Positions 50,676 through 63,999 of a stretch of 64,000 nucleotides of DNA are shown one piece after another. This stretch comes from Azolla caroliniana (taxonomy: Eukaryota; Plantae; Polypodiophyta). The position numbers and the translations under genes were made by a program. Numbering within the stretch: position 1 is the first letter of the stretch; each line of letters begins with the position of its first letter. The DNA is taken from NCBI GenBank assembly GCA_043228905.1, contig JBHGNT010000010.1, positions 9,548,001-9,612,000 of the forward strand. Direction: 5' to 3'. A model generated the notes under the pieces. The model saw only the letters and a list, made by a program, of their open reading frames with translations. It did no database searches and was not told the DNA's origin.

Positions 50676-53600
50676 TATCGTGGAAATCCGCACGTGCGTG
50701 TTGGATAGGACGGGACCACGGGGGTCTTGGACTAGGGAGTAAGAGGAGGGAGAGAAGCTTGGGAGTTCAACCGAGAAGGAAGATAAAAATTAAGATTCAA
50801 GAGATTAAGATTCAAGAGAATAAGATCTAAACAAGACAAGATACATTATGGAAGGCACCACACTAATTACAACCGTGGCCATGTAGGATGAATGTAAACA
50901 CTCCAGATGAAAACCTAACCGGATAGGGGAAAAGAAGAAGAAGAAGAAGAAGAAGAAGAAGAAGAAGAAGACGAAGACGAATGAAACCCCTAAAACGAGA
51001 TCCTAAAACCCCAAAATTTCGAAACCCTAATGGCAACCCAAAGAAACCCAAAAAGTGGAAGCCCCTCAAAAATGGCCCCTCACTCCCTTTTATAGTAGTA
51101 AGGGGTGAGGCACATTACATAAACAAGAGGTCAATCCCCCCTCCTTTCAATGGGGGAATATTTGGCCTTGATCTTAGGAGGAACGATTGATGGAGCCTTG
51201 ACTCCCTCTCCTCACATACACACTATGCCCACTACTCACTACACCTGTACTTCTTGTACTCTCCCTTTAGTCTACATTTGCACGTGCACATAAGTGCACA
51301 TCACATTTACACTTTATGAATTTTCGTAGTGCACTTTTAACACCTTACATTTACCCTTCCTTTTTTTACATTTGTTTCTTTTACAAATCTTCGAAGTGCA
51401 TGTGCAATGTTGCACGTGCCCATTTGATCTATCCCACTTGGTTTCCTCACCATGGCCAAAAATCCTCACGACATCCACCCCCACCAATCTGCACATCCAC
51501 CGGTATTTGCCATGAAAGGGAAAGAGGTGAGATTTTTGGCAATGGTGATTACCCAAGTTCCGCCGCTTCCTCGTTGGCCTTGCCCGACTTTGTCTTCCAT
51601 TTCTAGCATGCCCATTCTTCCCATACGAACCATCATAGCCTCCCGATCCACCGTGCCCGCCACATGTCCCCAAACCATCGGCTCCATCCGATCCACCATA
51701 TACGATGCTCACACCTTCCTTCCCGGCTGGTCGTAGTAGACCTCCCGAACGATGTCGCCGATCCGATCGCTCTTCCTTTGTCTGCCGCGTGTGTCCTCTA
51801 ATTGGACTGCCGACCACTCCGATTGCATGTCGGATACTATCCCTCACGCACCTTGTATGTTCCTCCTTCGGCCCGATCGTCTCCTCCCCCCAAGTACATA
51901 GGCGTGCCGTCTCCCATTGTTCCACACTTGCCTTCCGTAGGCTCTACCCGCGCATCGATGTTGACCTCCGAATACGCGCTCCTTCTTAGGTCCTCATGTG
52001 ACCACATTACACGTTCCCCATTTCTCCCTTGCCCATGGTGCTCTCTCACGGTAGGGTGTACCTCCATCCCGATATCCATGTCGGGGATCCCCGCTTCGGT
52101 GTCCTCCGTGGCTCTCATTACCGCTTCGTCTTGATGCCCACCCTCTTGGCCCGCTCGGCCCCATCCATCCTATAGGATGCCGTGTTTGATCTTCCCGGTA
52201 CGTAGCCCTTCGTTCTCCACGCACCTCCTCCATTTCCCTAGACACAACCCTCCGCACATGCCAATCTCGCTCGGCTCGTTCTATTGATCTCGGCACCTCG
52301 CCGCGCCATCTTTCTCCCCGTACTTGCCGCTGAAAGGCTCGACCCGACTGCCATCGCTGGTCACTCGTTGCGGGTCCTCCAGGTGCATGCTTGTTTCTTG
52401 GCCATCGAGCGGCTGTAGTGCATGCTTCATTTTTCTCCCTTCACTCGTCGTAGTCCTGACCTCCGCGTCAGACTCTCACCCCTTCGTTGCTGTCATTCCA
52501 CACTGGATACATGCTTCCGCATCGTCATCCACTTTGATCTCCAACTCCTTGTCGCCACGCGCCGTCTCTTCGGTCTTATGTTGGCACTCGGGTGCAACCG
52601 TCGTAGCCTCCGGCACCGGTGTCGAGGGTCTCGCCTCCGTCCGGTCCAATCATCCTCCTTCTCCTTTTCTTCTTGTTGGTCGCCCGACTTGCTGCCGCCA
52701 CCGTCCGTCTCTCAAGTCTCACGTGGGCCCTCGTGGCCGACCGCCAAAGTCTCAAGAACCGGTGTGAGCAAGGTCCCTGCACCACCACTCGTCATGTTCG
52801 TAGCCACCTCCATCTGGACGTCGTTGTCCTTGGCTACTCCATCCCCGATCACGGAAGCCTTGATAATGCTTTCTTCCTCCCCGCTCGATGTTTCGGGCAA
52901 CCGTGTCCCGAAACTTCCGCCCACTATCGAAGTGGCGCTCCCCGCTCCGTAGTCTCCGGCCTTCTCCATGGCCGTCCCTTTTCCGCAAGATGAGAGGGTC
53001 GCTTGCTTTGCACCCTCTCCCATGTCGCCGTCATACGCTCTTTCAGCCTCCACATAAGCCCCGTCCTCCGTGCGTTGGGAGGCATCTTCCTCCACATCCT
53101 CCGATCCTCTCGGACCCGACTCCTTAATAAACCCCTCTTCGGCTTTGATCTTTGACTTCACGATGTCCCGTATCAATGCTTCTAGGTTGAACTCCTCCGA
53201 ACCATTACGCTTTGAGCTCTCTTCTGGCGATAGTGCGTAGTCACTCACCACCCTCTCTTCTCCGCCGCTCGCAGGCCGTGTTGTGGCTGACCGCTTCTCA
53301 TCGTTTTGCTGGCATACCCACTACACTTCGGACCAATCATTGGTGAGGCCGTGTTGTCCATGATCATCATCGAGCTCGAATAAAATGTCCATCATTTCCT
53401 CCTAATGGACCATCTTCAAAAATATGAGAACTTTGTCCGCCCCCATCGATCTCCGATCCCGCTCCGAGAGTTGAGCAAAATGACGCTCGAACTCTTGGAA
53501 TGCTTCTATCACGCTTCAATGGGCCTTCACCGATGACACCCATCGATCAAACTCATGCCGACTTCTCCCCTCCGGTTTCTTGTACCCGTATGCTTCCAAT

Positions 53601-54135
53601 GAAGCTTCCATCCTCGTCCTCCCTTGCCGCCCTTCACCAAATGTCGCGGAAATCCATGCTTGCGTGTCAGATAGGACGGGACCATGAGGGTCTTGGACTA
53701 GGGAGTAAGAGGAGGGAGAGAAGCTTGGGAGTTCAACTGAGAAGGAAGAGAAAGATTAAGATTCAAGAGATTAAGATTCAAGAGAATAAGATCTAAACAA
53801 GACAAGATACATTATGGAAGGCACCACACCAATTACAATTGTGGCCGTGGAGGCCGAATGTAAACCCTCTAGATGAAACCCTAATCGGATAGGGGAAAAG
53901 AAGAAGAAGAAGAAGAAGAAGAAGAAGAAGAAGACGAATGAAACCCCTAAAACGAGATCCTAAAACCCAAAATTCTGAAACCCTAATGGCAACCCAAAGA
54001 AACCCAAAAAGTGGAAGCCCCTAAAAAATGGCCCCTCACTCCCTTTTATAGTAGTAAGGGGTGAGACACATTACATAAAGAAGAGATCAACCCCCCCTCC
54101 TTTGAATGGGGGAATATTTGGCCTTGATCTAGGAA
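50676..54135 (-). mobile_element. Gag-only element of the tRNA-Trp clade with truncated 5' LTR
   Basis: LTRs 50676-51473 and 53642-~54135 are similar and both carry (GAA)n. PPT at 51474. PBS partly deleted. Confidence 0.9.
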
Positions 54136-55336
54136 TATAAGGATGTTTTCACATGGTCACACGAGGACATGAAAGGGTTGGATCCGAAATTTTATCAGCA
54201 CAAGATCAACTTGTCCACCGACGTGAAACCTGTGCAACAACGACGCTATCGAATGAACCTGAATTACGCGGCTCGCATAAAAGAAGAAATTGACATACTG
54301 TTGAAAGCAGGGTTCATTCGGCCGGTAAACAGGCCACGTGGCTGAGTCCAATAGTCGTGGTGATGAAGAAAAATGGGAAAATACGCGTCTGCGTGGATTA
54401 TCGTAAGCTAAATGCCGTAACAATTACGGATGCGTTTCCCATGCCTTTTACAGATAGCGTAGTAGACGTCATTGTAGGCCATGATAGGTATAGTTTTTTG
54501 GATGGCTTTAGTGGATACAATCAAGTACACATGCACCCTGACGACTAAGAAAAGACCGTGTTCGTCATGGATTGGGGCGTGTTCATTGCTGTAGTAATGA
54601 TGTTTGGTCTGAAAACGGCGCTCACCATCTTCTAGCGAATAATTACGGAGATTTTTGGAGAATATATACCTGCATTTATGCAAGTTTGTCTCAATGACTT
54701 TGTGGTGTATGGAACGTGAGGTGAACATTTGGGTCATTTACGACTTTGTTTGGAACACTACCGTACGTCACGCCTCAGTCTTAATCCGGCGAAATGTGCA
54801 TTTGGTGTGACCAACGGAGCACTCCTTGGACATAAAGTAAGCAAGGAGGGGATAGCAGTAGACCCTAACAAAATCACGACAATAATTGAAGCGAAGACCT
54901 CGACTAATGCCAAAGCCCTTAGCCATTTCTTGGGGCAAATACGCTGGCACAACCGTACGTTACAGTACTTGGCGGATTTTGCAACTCCATTACACGCAGT
55001 CGTAGATCGTACTCCTTTCAAGTGGACGACAATAGAAGACAAAGCATATGAGGCACTGAAGATAATGCTAACCCAAGCACCAGTCGTACAACCACCAGAT
55101 TGGACAAAACCTTTTCACGTATTTGTAGATGCCTCAGATATCACAATAGGCAGTGCATTGATGCAGCTCACAGAGCCTAATTGGTTCCGACCGGTTTATT
55201 ACGCTAGTTGTAAGTTATCAGAGGCCGAATGAAACTACTCCACGACCGAGCATGAGGCCTTGGGTATGATCTACAACATCAACAAATTCCGACATTATCT
55301 ACTCGGGCGGAAATTTACGTTTCACGTAGACCACGC

Positions 55337-57218
55337 TGTCACGAAGTTTCGCGCACGTGTGTTACTTGGGCGGGACCACGGGGGTCTTGGACTAGGGAGT
55401 ACTCAAGGGATAGAGAAGACCCGAGGTTTGCTTTACGACAATAATACTTCCCGACCCCTTCCCGAGCAAGGTCTCGTTGCCCTTTGTTTGATGAGGCCGA
55501 TGGCTCTCGTTGATCACGACTCGTCGACCTTCCGAGATCACCGCACGAGCCAAGTGACCAAACGAGTACAAGCAAGATGAGCATGCAACATGAACGCACA
55601 AGGGGACGATAACACAAACACGAATGTCCATACGTCTTTATGAGGTGCATGGGCACGCTCAAACGCTCCCTCGTCACAAGACGTCGAACGTACGAGGAAG
55701 ACACAAAACACGTGCACAAATGCTCGTACGCCTTTATGAGGAGGAGAGGTGCATGGGCAAGCCCGAACGCTCCCTCGTCACCAGACGGCCAAACGTACAA
55801 GGAAGACACAAACACACGCACAAAATGCTTGTACGGCTTTATGAGGAGGAGAGGTGCATGGGCAAGCCCGAAACAGTCGCTCGTCACGAGACGACCGAAC
55901 GTACAAGGAAGACACAAACATACGTAAAAAATGCTCGTACGTCTTTATGAGGAGGAGAGGTGCATGGGCACGCCCGAAACGCTCCCTCATCACAAGACGG
56001 CCGAACGTACAAGGAAGACACAAACACACACACAAATGCTCGTACACCTTTATGAGGAGGAGAGGTGCATGGGCAAGCCCGAACGGTCCCCTCGTCACAA
56101 GAAGGCCAAACGTACAAGGAAGACACAAACACACACACAAATGCTCGTACGCCTTTATGAGGAGGAGAGGTGCATGGGCAAGCCCGAACGGTCCCCTCGT
56201 CACAAGACGACCGAACGTAAACGAAAGACACAAACACACGCACAAAATGCTCGTACGCCTTTATGAGGAGGAGAGGTGCATGGGCAAGCCCGAACGGTCC
56301 CCTCGTCACAAGACGGCCGAACGTACAAGGAAGACACGAATAAAGAAAGAAGGAGAGAAAGAAACATGAATGATATCGACCAAAGAGATAAATACGTGTT
56401 CGATTCCAATGCAAGAGGACCCTTTATAAAATAGAGTTTTGTTTACAATGGCAACTTATAGTTAACCACAAGTTCAATCAAAACATAAATATTAAATGCC
56501 CTTAGAGACAAAAGCAAATCCGAACACAACGAAGATGAACACACGAGCACCAGCAAAATGCCAATCCCAACGAACCACGACCACCCGAACGGCGAGCACA
56601 TGGGCTCGCAACGACGAACGGGGTGGAGCAACGTCGAACCAATGAAGCTTGGGCTCACGAGAACTTCGAGTGCCGACGCGAAGAATACGAGCACGTGGCG
56701 ATGGGGGAATGAAGGGGTATGAGATGAAGAGAAGTGGTGAATAAGGAGATGAAGAGCTTTGAAGGAAAATTGGCGATAGTCTCCTCCTCCCAAAACGTCA
56801 TCCCGAATGAGCCCCCCTCGACCTCCTTTCATAGGAAAAAAAGAAGCGGGGGTCGCCAAATTTGTCTTCAATGAAAAAGGAATAAAATTCCTTAAATCAC
56901 ACTATACCATAAGTCCAAATTCAAACCATGCACCTCTAGCTAGTAGTCAATGTGACTATCCACTAGCCCACTAACTCTCTCTTATATAATATATAATTCT
57001 ATATCTATAAATTTATAGCCTGTTTCCCCTCTACCTTTTATCTCTCCTCTCTCTTACTTTTGCACGAGCTTCTATACCTCCTTTTCACCCTTTCTTTTCC
57101 TTTTTATTTTGCATATGCACAATTAATCGCTTTTGTGTGTACACACATTGCACATGCACATTTTTGTCCCCCCCTTTTCACCGGTTTTTCCCACTCTCGA
57201 GCACGCCACATCACGACA
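55337..57218 (-). mobile_element. 1.9-kb solo LTR of the TGTCGTG clade
   Basis: TG...CA ends, clade U5 motif and 4-bp TSD acgc/acac. Removal restores DHATLLYLV. Confidence 0.88.
55605..56340. repeat. ~105-bp tandem repeat (about 7 units) inside the LTR
   Basis: gaggaggagaggtgcatgggc recurs at about 55738, 55843, 55949, 56054, 56159 and 56265. Confidence 0.95.
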
Positions 57219-57429
57219 ACACGACATTACTCTACCTGGTCTAGAAGCAGACGTTGACAAGGAAGCTGGCCAGATGGATGTTGCTGCTCCAAGAGTTCAA
57301 CTTCGTGATTTAACATCGACCGGGTACGCAACATGCCGTAGTTGATTTCTTAAGTAGAGTAGATAACGGTGATAACGTGTTGCGACAAGATGATGACTTT
57401 CCGGACGTTTATATTCTACGGGTCACGAC

Positions 57430-60400
57430 TGTTGAGAAATAGATGCGGAATTAAATCACAGTAAGAACAGACAAAGCTGAAAATACGAATCACACTAGTA
57501 TGCAGAAAGACACATATGACAAGAGTGCACAAAGATTTACGTGGAAACCCTAAAAATGGGGAAAACCACGGGTGAACAGATTCTTCACTATAACTAGTGG
57601 ACATACAATATAGAGATGATTACAACACTCTGTTGAGTGTATTAGCCGCATAGGGCTCTTCGCGTCTGCTGTTACTCACACAGCTATGGCACGACTAACG
57701 CTTCTCTCACACATGCTCACTCCTACTCTGTTCGTCTCACTAACACTCTAACCCAAAGTTTGCCCTAGTTGCATATATACTTACGCAACTTTTTGGTTAT
57801 TTACATACGCAACCCTCATGGAGCACACACTTAGACTATTTACAAGTATAGTCTCCCGAGTTGGCTATTTACATGACTCTAGTTTCGGCCTTGGCCTATC
57901 AGCCTCGACCGAGTCCCTCATCAACTCGGCTTTCCGGACAGTCGGATCTTCCTCCCACTAGAGGGACATATCCCAACAAACTCTCCCCCTTCACTCCTGT
58001 GAGAGGAAATCTGTCAGTCCTGTATTCTGTCGATAGACTCTGAGTCTGTCCATAGGTAGGTTCTTCGTCAGCATGTCGGATCCATTGTCGTCAGTATGGA
58101 TCTTTTCGAGGGAAAACTCTCCTTCTTTGACTCTCTCCCGTAACCAGTGATACCTTCTCTGTATGTGCTTGGTCTGGGAATGGTATGCCGCATTCTTAGC
58201 TAGGTGTATGGTGCTTTGGCTGTCACAGTGAAGCAAGAACTCTTTTTGCTTCATCCCTAGTTCGGTGAGAAAATTTCTCATCCAAATTAGCTCTTTTCCG
58301 GCTTCTACTACCGCCATATACTCTGCCTTTGTAGTCGACAAGGCTACAGACTTCTGTGGTCGTGACTGCCACGACACTGCCCCCCCTACATAGGTCATCA
58401 TGTACCCTGACGTGGATCGGCTTGAGTCGACATCTCTTGACATGTCTGAGTCAGTAAAACCTTCCAGCACAGGTTTTCCGACACCATACCTTAAGCACAC
58501 TTCTGACGTGCCTCTCAAGTACTTGAGTATCCACTTCACCACTGCCTAGTGTTCTCTCCCTGGATTACTCATATATCGGCTTACTGCTCCCACAACAAAT
58601 GCTACGTCCGGTCTCGTATAGACCATAGCATACATTAGACTGCCGACTGTTGAGGCATATGGTACCTTCTTCATCTCAGCCTTTTCCTTCTGCCCTTTCA
58701 GACACTGCTTTGCATTCAATCAGTAGTTTGTAGGCAACACTGAGCCGATCGGCTTTGCATTCGACATGTTGAACCTCTCGAGGATCTTCATCACATACTT
58801 CTACTGTGACAACCATAGCACCTTCCGAGCTCTATCTCGAGTTATGTGCATTCCTAGGATTTGCTTCAGCGGTCCAAGGTCTTTCATGGCAAAGGATTTG
58901 CCGAGAGCTTTCTTCAAGCTTCCAATCTTCCTTGCATCTTGACCGACTATCAACATATCATCAACATATAGCAAGAGAATCAAGAAATCTCCTTCCTCGT
59001 ACCTTTTGACGAATACATAGTGATCGGCTTGTGTTTTCTGGAACCGATGTTCCATCATGAAGGACTCGAATTTCTTGTACCATTGGCGTGGAGCTTGTTT
59101 CAATCCGTACAAACTTTTCCTCAGTCGACACACCAAATTCTCTTTCTCGTTCTCCTCAAAGCCTTTAGGTTGCTGCATGTAGATCTCTTCGTCTAGCTCA
59201 CCATGCAGAAAAGCAGTTTTGACGTCCATGCTGGCCACTATGCTCAGAACAGTTCGTATGGATGTCATCTTCACGACTGGTGCGAATATTTCGTCAAAAT
59301 CGACGCCCTTCCTTTGTTGGAAACCCTTCACCACTATGCAGGCTTTATACCTGGGCTCGCTGTCAACTTCTCCAGTCTTGACCTTGTAGACCCATTTATT
59401 CCTGAGTGCTCTCTTACCTTTCGGCAGCTCTACTAGGTCGTAGGTGTAATTCGCGTGCAAAGATTCCATGTCCTCTTGCATCGCGTTCAGCCATTTTCCT
59501 CTGCTCTTGTCATCAATGGCTTCTTCATAGCAGTCCGATTCACTGTCATCAGTCAAGAGGATGTATTGACTGGCATATGTAGTCGGTGCCTTCCTTTCTC
59601 TGAGTGGGTATCTTCTTCCACTCGTTGTTGGCTCTATTTCGGATGTCTCTGCCAACTCTTCTCTCTCCTCGGGATTCTGCTCATCAATCGGCATCTCCAG
59701 GTTGGACAACTCCAACTCATAGTCCTCAATTGATTTTAGCAGATCTACTGACTCCGACTCATAGTCTGTCGGTCTTTCCGGGTTGACAGTCTCAGATTCG
59801 GCTCTGTCAGCCAACTGTCTCCTTACAACTGCCGGTGACGACACATTTGGCCTTAAGTCGATGGTAGTCGAGGTTGACTGGGGAGTCGGTTCCGACTTCT
59901 ATTGCTTCCAGTCCTCAATTGTCTTATCTTCAAGAAAGACTACATCTCGACTTCTCACTACCTTCTTGTCGACTAGGTCCCATAGCCTGTAGCTGAACTC
60001 ATCTTCCGAGTATCCCATGAATATGCATGCTTTCGACTTGCTGTCAAGCTTTGACCTCTGATCCTTTGGTACATGCATATACGCCAAACATCCGAACACC
60101 CTCAAGTGTTAATAGGAGACATCCTTCCTTGTCCACACCCTTTGTGGGACATCACCCTTTAGAGGTACTGAGGGAGACCTGTTGATCAGATAAACAGTTG
60201 TGTACATCGCCTCAACCCAATATGATTTTGCCAATTTCGCATGAAAGAGCATGCTCCTTACTCTCTCCATGATCGTTCGATTCATCCTCTCTGCAAGCCC
60301 GTTCAACTCTGGGGTCTTTGGCATTGTGTATTCGATCTGAATACCTTGGCACTTGCAATATTCCTCGAATTTCCCGTTGTACTCGCCACCGTTGTCGGTT

Positions 60401-61461
60401 CGGACAACCTTCAGTTTCCGACCCGACTCTCTTTCAGTTCTTGCCTGGAACTCCTTGAAAACCGACAGTACTTGATCCTTCGTCTTCAGTACGAAGTCCC
60501 ATGTCTTCTGACTATGGTCGTCAATGATTGTCACAAAGTATTGTCCACCTCGATGCGATGGGGCATCCACATAGCACACATTCATGTGTACTAGTTCCAG
60601 TGTAGCTTCTCTTCTCCTCGGTGTTCTCGAGTGGAATGCCACCTTGTTCTGCTTTCCGGCTAAGCAGTCGACACACTTCTCCAGGTGTACTCCCTTGACT
60701 TCTGGTGGAAGTTTCTGGTCAGCTAACATGTGCATTCCCTTCTCACTCATGTGGCCTAGCCTCTTATGCCATATCTCCCCTACCGAGTCGGCTGCCACGT
60801 TTACTTCCGATTTGCACAGTCAGGAATGCATTGTATACAATGTGCCTTCTTTCTGTGCTCGGGCCACTATAAGATTTCCTCGGCAGAACTTCCACTTGCC
60901 ATTCCGAAAACTACCACTATAGCCTTCGTCATCAAGCCTTCCAGTCGATACCAGATTCAATATGATATCGAGGATGTGTCGAACATCCTTTCAACGTTAG
61001 TCGACACCCTGTCGACGTCATTAAGCACACACTTCCGACTCCGGTTATCTTGCACTCTCCACTATCACTCATCTTTACACAGCCATGATCCCCAACTATG
61101 TAAGTTGAGAAGTACTCTCTCGACGGACTAATGTGAAAGGATGCGCCGGAGTCGATCAACCAAGTGCACTCTTCGCTTGCAAGATTTGCACTTGTCTGTT
61201 CACAGATGAGCAGAAGTTCCTCATTGCTCGTAGCAATGGCCGAAGTGTTCTTTTCATCCAGAATCTTCTAGGGTTCAACATTATTTCCGACACTTTTGTC
61301 TTTTCTCATGTGTCGGTAGTCCTTCTGGAAGTGTCCAGGTTTTCCACAATAAAAGCACACAGGCATACCTCTGTACTTCGATCTGGCGTGGGATTTGTCC
61401 GTTTGTTGCGGACTTCTTCTTCACCGGTCCCTTCCTCTGTCCATGTGTTGAGTCAGATTCG
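57430..61461 (-). mobile_element. Copia copy C (same family as A and B): 3' LTR 57430-57978, PPT, RH-RT-INT-PR-gag end
   Basis: LYVDDML, TDNGGEY, IDSGAS, CFYCGKPGH and PPT gaagggggagag. Confidence 0.93.
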
Positions 61462-61918
61462 TGTTAATCGGCTAATTACTAACTATTACCGATACAGAAG
61501 AGTGAACGTCGCTACTCAACGTTCTAACAAGGAATTGTGTTTTACGAACGGAATTATGCTATATTAATCGGTAATTACCGTGATCGTTACTTAGTTATAA
61601 ATTAGGAAGCTTGCACTTAAGATCATAGACAACAGAGAAACACAGAATCCGTACAAGATATTCCTAACTTAAACTTATATTACTAAATAAAACGACGTTT
61701 CTTACAATGCCTTTGGTTCCCTTTTATAGGTATACCGAAGGTCTTTTCTCATCAAGAACTATTCCTACTCCCTAACAAGATTTACAAAATTATCTAACTA
61801 ACTTAGTTCTCTTCGTTTTACTGCTGAGTCATTGATCCGAACAGTCGATCCGAACCGACTCTGTTTTCGACGCTTTCCCACCTGTTCGGTAAAACTGACT
61901 GTCCGGGTCCGGGTAACA
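61462..61918 (-). repeat. LTR of an element nested in the Copia C gag (orientation inferred from a minus-strand TATA)
   Basis: TGTTA...TAACA termini. Copia gag homology stops exactly at 61461. Confidence 0.75.
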
Positions 61919-61962
61919 CTTGGCACGACCGTGGGCCAGGACCTTGTCCGGCGAACCCACGC

Positions 61963-63999
61963 CTATTCCTGTAGCTCTTCATCCGAATCGTTCAGAAAAT
62001 CAAAAATCGAAGGCTCATCTGGCCTTGGATGTATTCCACCTATATCTTCCTCTTCATCTTCGTCTGTGTCACAGTCCTCCTTCGGAGCAGGTTGTGATTC
62101 GGTTGGCTGCTCTGGTTCACTTCTTCCGGAAGCTTGAATACCAGGAGTCTTGCTGGTTCTTTCGGCTTCGATTTTATCCAACTGGACGGAAGTGCCTATA
62201 TCATTTTTGTCGAATTCTTGCATAATACGTTGAATTTCTTCTCTGTAAAATGCCGCAATTTCATCCATATCTTTCATGATATCCTCTTGGATATTGTCAA
62301 TATCCTTTTGTGCCATTTTAAAAAAACCTGCACCTTGTACCTGACGGTTATTTTTGTCGGCACGCAATATCTGTAATTCCGCCGCTTGTGCTGTCCATAA
62401 CTTCCATCCTTGCGCAAGGGATTCATCGATCAGTTTCTTTGCTAGGTTTCGATGTTTACCTATGATGTGCTGCACTTTGTCCCTAGTGATGCTTGCGACG
62501 TATTGGGCGGTTTGCAACTCTTTCTGTAAATCCGTAATAGTGGTTCGGTTCTCACTTTCAGCTCGCATTAGTTTGGATTCGACTACATATATATCCAGCC
62601 GTCTTTGTTCCGCTATCTTCCGAATTTCGTCCAGTTGTTGTTCGAATGCCGATTTCTCTCTACTCCATTCCTCCTGCTGTTCCGTCATTCTTCTGTTGAC
62701 TTCTTCAAGACTCTGCTGTTTTTCTGTCAATTGACTTTCCTGTGACACTATATACCTTTCGAATTCTTCAATTTGTTCGGTATATGTATGATTGGCCGTC
62801 TTAGCTTCTTCTAGATTTTTCTGTAATTCGTTTATTACTTGATTTTTTTCTTCGAGAGCTTTGTATTGACCATTCTGAATGGTTTCTATTTGTTTTTCTA
62901 ATTCTGTAGTTCGAAATACTGCATTGTTGGCCCTTGTTGTTTCTGCTTGACGTGCTTTCTCAGCATCCTCTAATTTCTGTTGCCATTCTGACTCCGACAC
63001 CATAAGCCGTGCCTGTGTTTCCCATTTGTTTAGACTTTCCTTTAGTTCTTTATTTTCTGCTTGTATGTTACAAAACTGATGCTTCAGCACCTCCGCCGAT
63101 GCTGATACACTTTTGTATCTTTCAGCCATATCACTGGCTGCTTTGCGTGCCGTTTCATATTCTTTATGAATTTCGACCAGTGCTTCATGTAATGGTGGCA
63201 TTTCAATAGCCTCCCCTCTATGCTGTGCACTTCTTTTCCGGCCTATTTTCTCTATCTCTGCTTTTTCTTGAGGTTCCAACACTCCTCGTAAGGCTTTCTG
63301 TATCATTATTCGGTCATTATGTTCTTGAGCCAGCCGTTCTGATACTTCTGTCAGTCTTTTAGCCAACCATTCAACCAGTTCGTATGAAGTTCCGAACTGT
63401 AAAATGGCAGCTAATTCATGTGCTGCTGGTGGGATATCCAAGTATCCATGTGCTTCCCGAATGGCTACTTTTGAAGATTGTCCTTGGTGAGGTTGTGTCG
63501 AAATGCTCTCATTCCCTGGTTTTAGTACTTCTGTTACCACAGGCGTATTCGACTTTTCATTTGTGCGTTGCCTTTTCGGTGCTGATCCCTCACTGTTTTC
63601 TGGTTGGAATTGCCGATTAGCCTTTTGTTTAATCCTTGTTCTTTGTCTCATCTTCTCTGCTTGTTGTCGATTTTCTGTCGGCTGTTGCTTGTTTCTCAAA
63701 TTGTCAACTGTTTCTGGTTGTCTGTTTTCGGAATTCTCTGGTCTAGGTGGTTCTGACTGAGACATATTTGTTTGTATATTATCGGCATGTGCCGATTCTT
63801 CTTCTATCCATTCTTCATGTACTAGCTGTCGGTGTCTTCGTGGTGCTTGTATTATCGGTGGTCTTCTTGACTGAACAGGAGTTTCCGATTCTTGAATCGG
63901 AAACAATACTGATAACCAACGACCAAAAATTTGCTTCATCGGTTTTCCTGTTTTTACCCCTTGTAGCTGCTCTCTCAGAGCTTCCCCCGACAATAGTGG
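61963..63999 (-). CDS. Intact orphan coiled-coil protein (>676 aa, open to the window edge); retrotransposon accessory ORF
   Basis: 2-kb stop-free frame with a basic/disordered region, long E/K/Q-rich heptad region and acidic tail. The stop lies 44 bp from the LTR. Confidence 0.8.
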   Translation of the reverse strand, partial: PLLSGEALREQLQGVKTGKPMKQIFGRWLSVLFPIQESETPVQSRRPPIIQAPRRHRQLVHEEWIEEESAHADNIQTNMSQSEPPRPENSENRQPETVDNLRNKQQPTENRQQAEKMRQRTRIKQKANRQFQPENSEGSAPKRQRTNEKSNTPVVTEVLKPGNESISTQPHQGQSSKVAIREAHGYLDIPPAAHELAAILQFGTSYELVEWLAKRLTEVSERLAQEHNDRIMIQKALRGVLEPQEKAEIEKIGRKRSAQHRGEAIEMPPLHEALVEIHKEYETARKAASDMAERYKSVSASAEVLKHQFCNIQAENKELKESLNKWETQARLMVSESEWQQKLEDAEKARQAETTRANNAVFRTTELEKQIETIQNGQYKALEEKNQVINELQKNLEEAKTANHTYTEQIEEFERYIVSQESQLTEKQQSLEEVNRRMTEQQEEWSREKSAFEQQLDEIRKIAEQRRLDIYVVESKLMRAESENRTTITDLQKELQTAQYVASITRDKVQHIIGKHRNLAKKLIDESLAQGWKLWTAQAAELQILRADKNNRQVQGAGFFKMAQKDIDNIQEDIMKDMDEIAAFYREEIQRIMQEFDKNDIGTSVQLDKIEAERTSKTPGIQASGRSEPEQPTESQPAPKEDCDTDEDEEEDIGGIHPRPDEPSIFDFLNDSDEELQE

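Larger units (their letters stand above)
49620..57429 (+). mobile_element. Decayed Gypsy related to the 36192-47630 element (LTR, gag, RT, RH), host to nested insertions
   Basis: TGTTGTCC start, gag KIAEFGLTLDG, RT 54135-54900, RH VDAS..HVDH and, after the solo LTR, LARWMLLLQEF. Confidence 0.85.

Noticed and set aside
55605-56340. CRISPR-like regular repeats and the ORFs over them
   Set aside because: Head-to-tail units without unique spacers, no cas genes and a eukaryotic LTR context. The ORFs are repeat artefacts.
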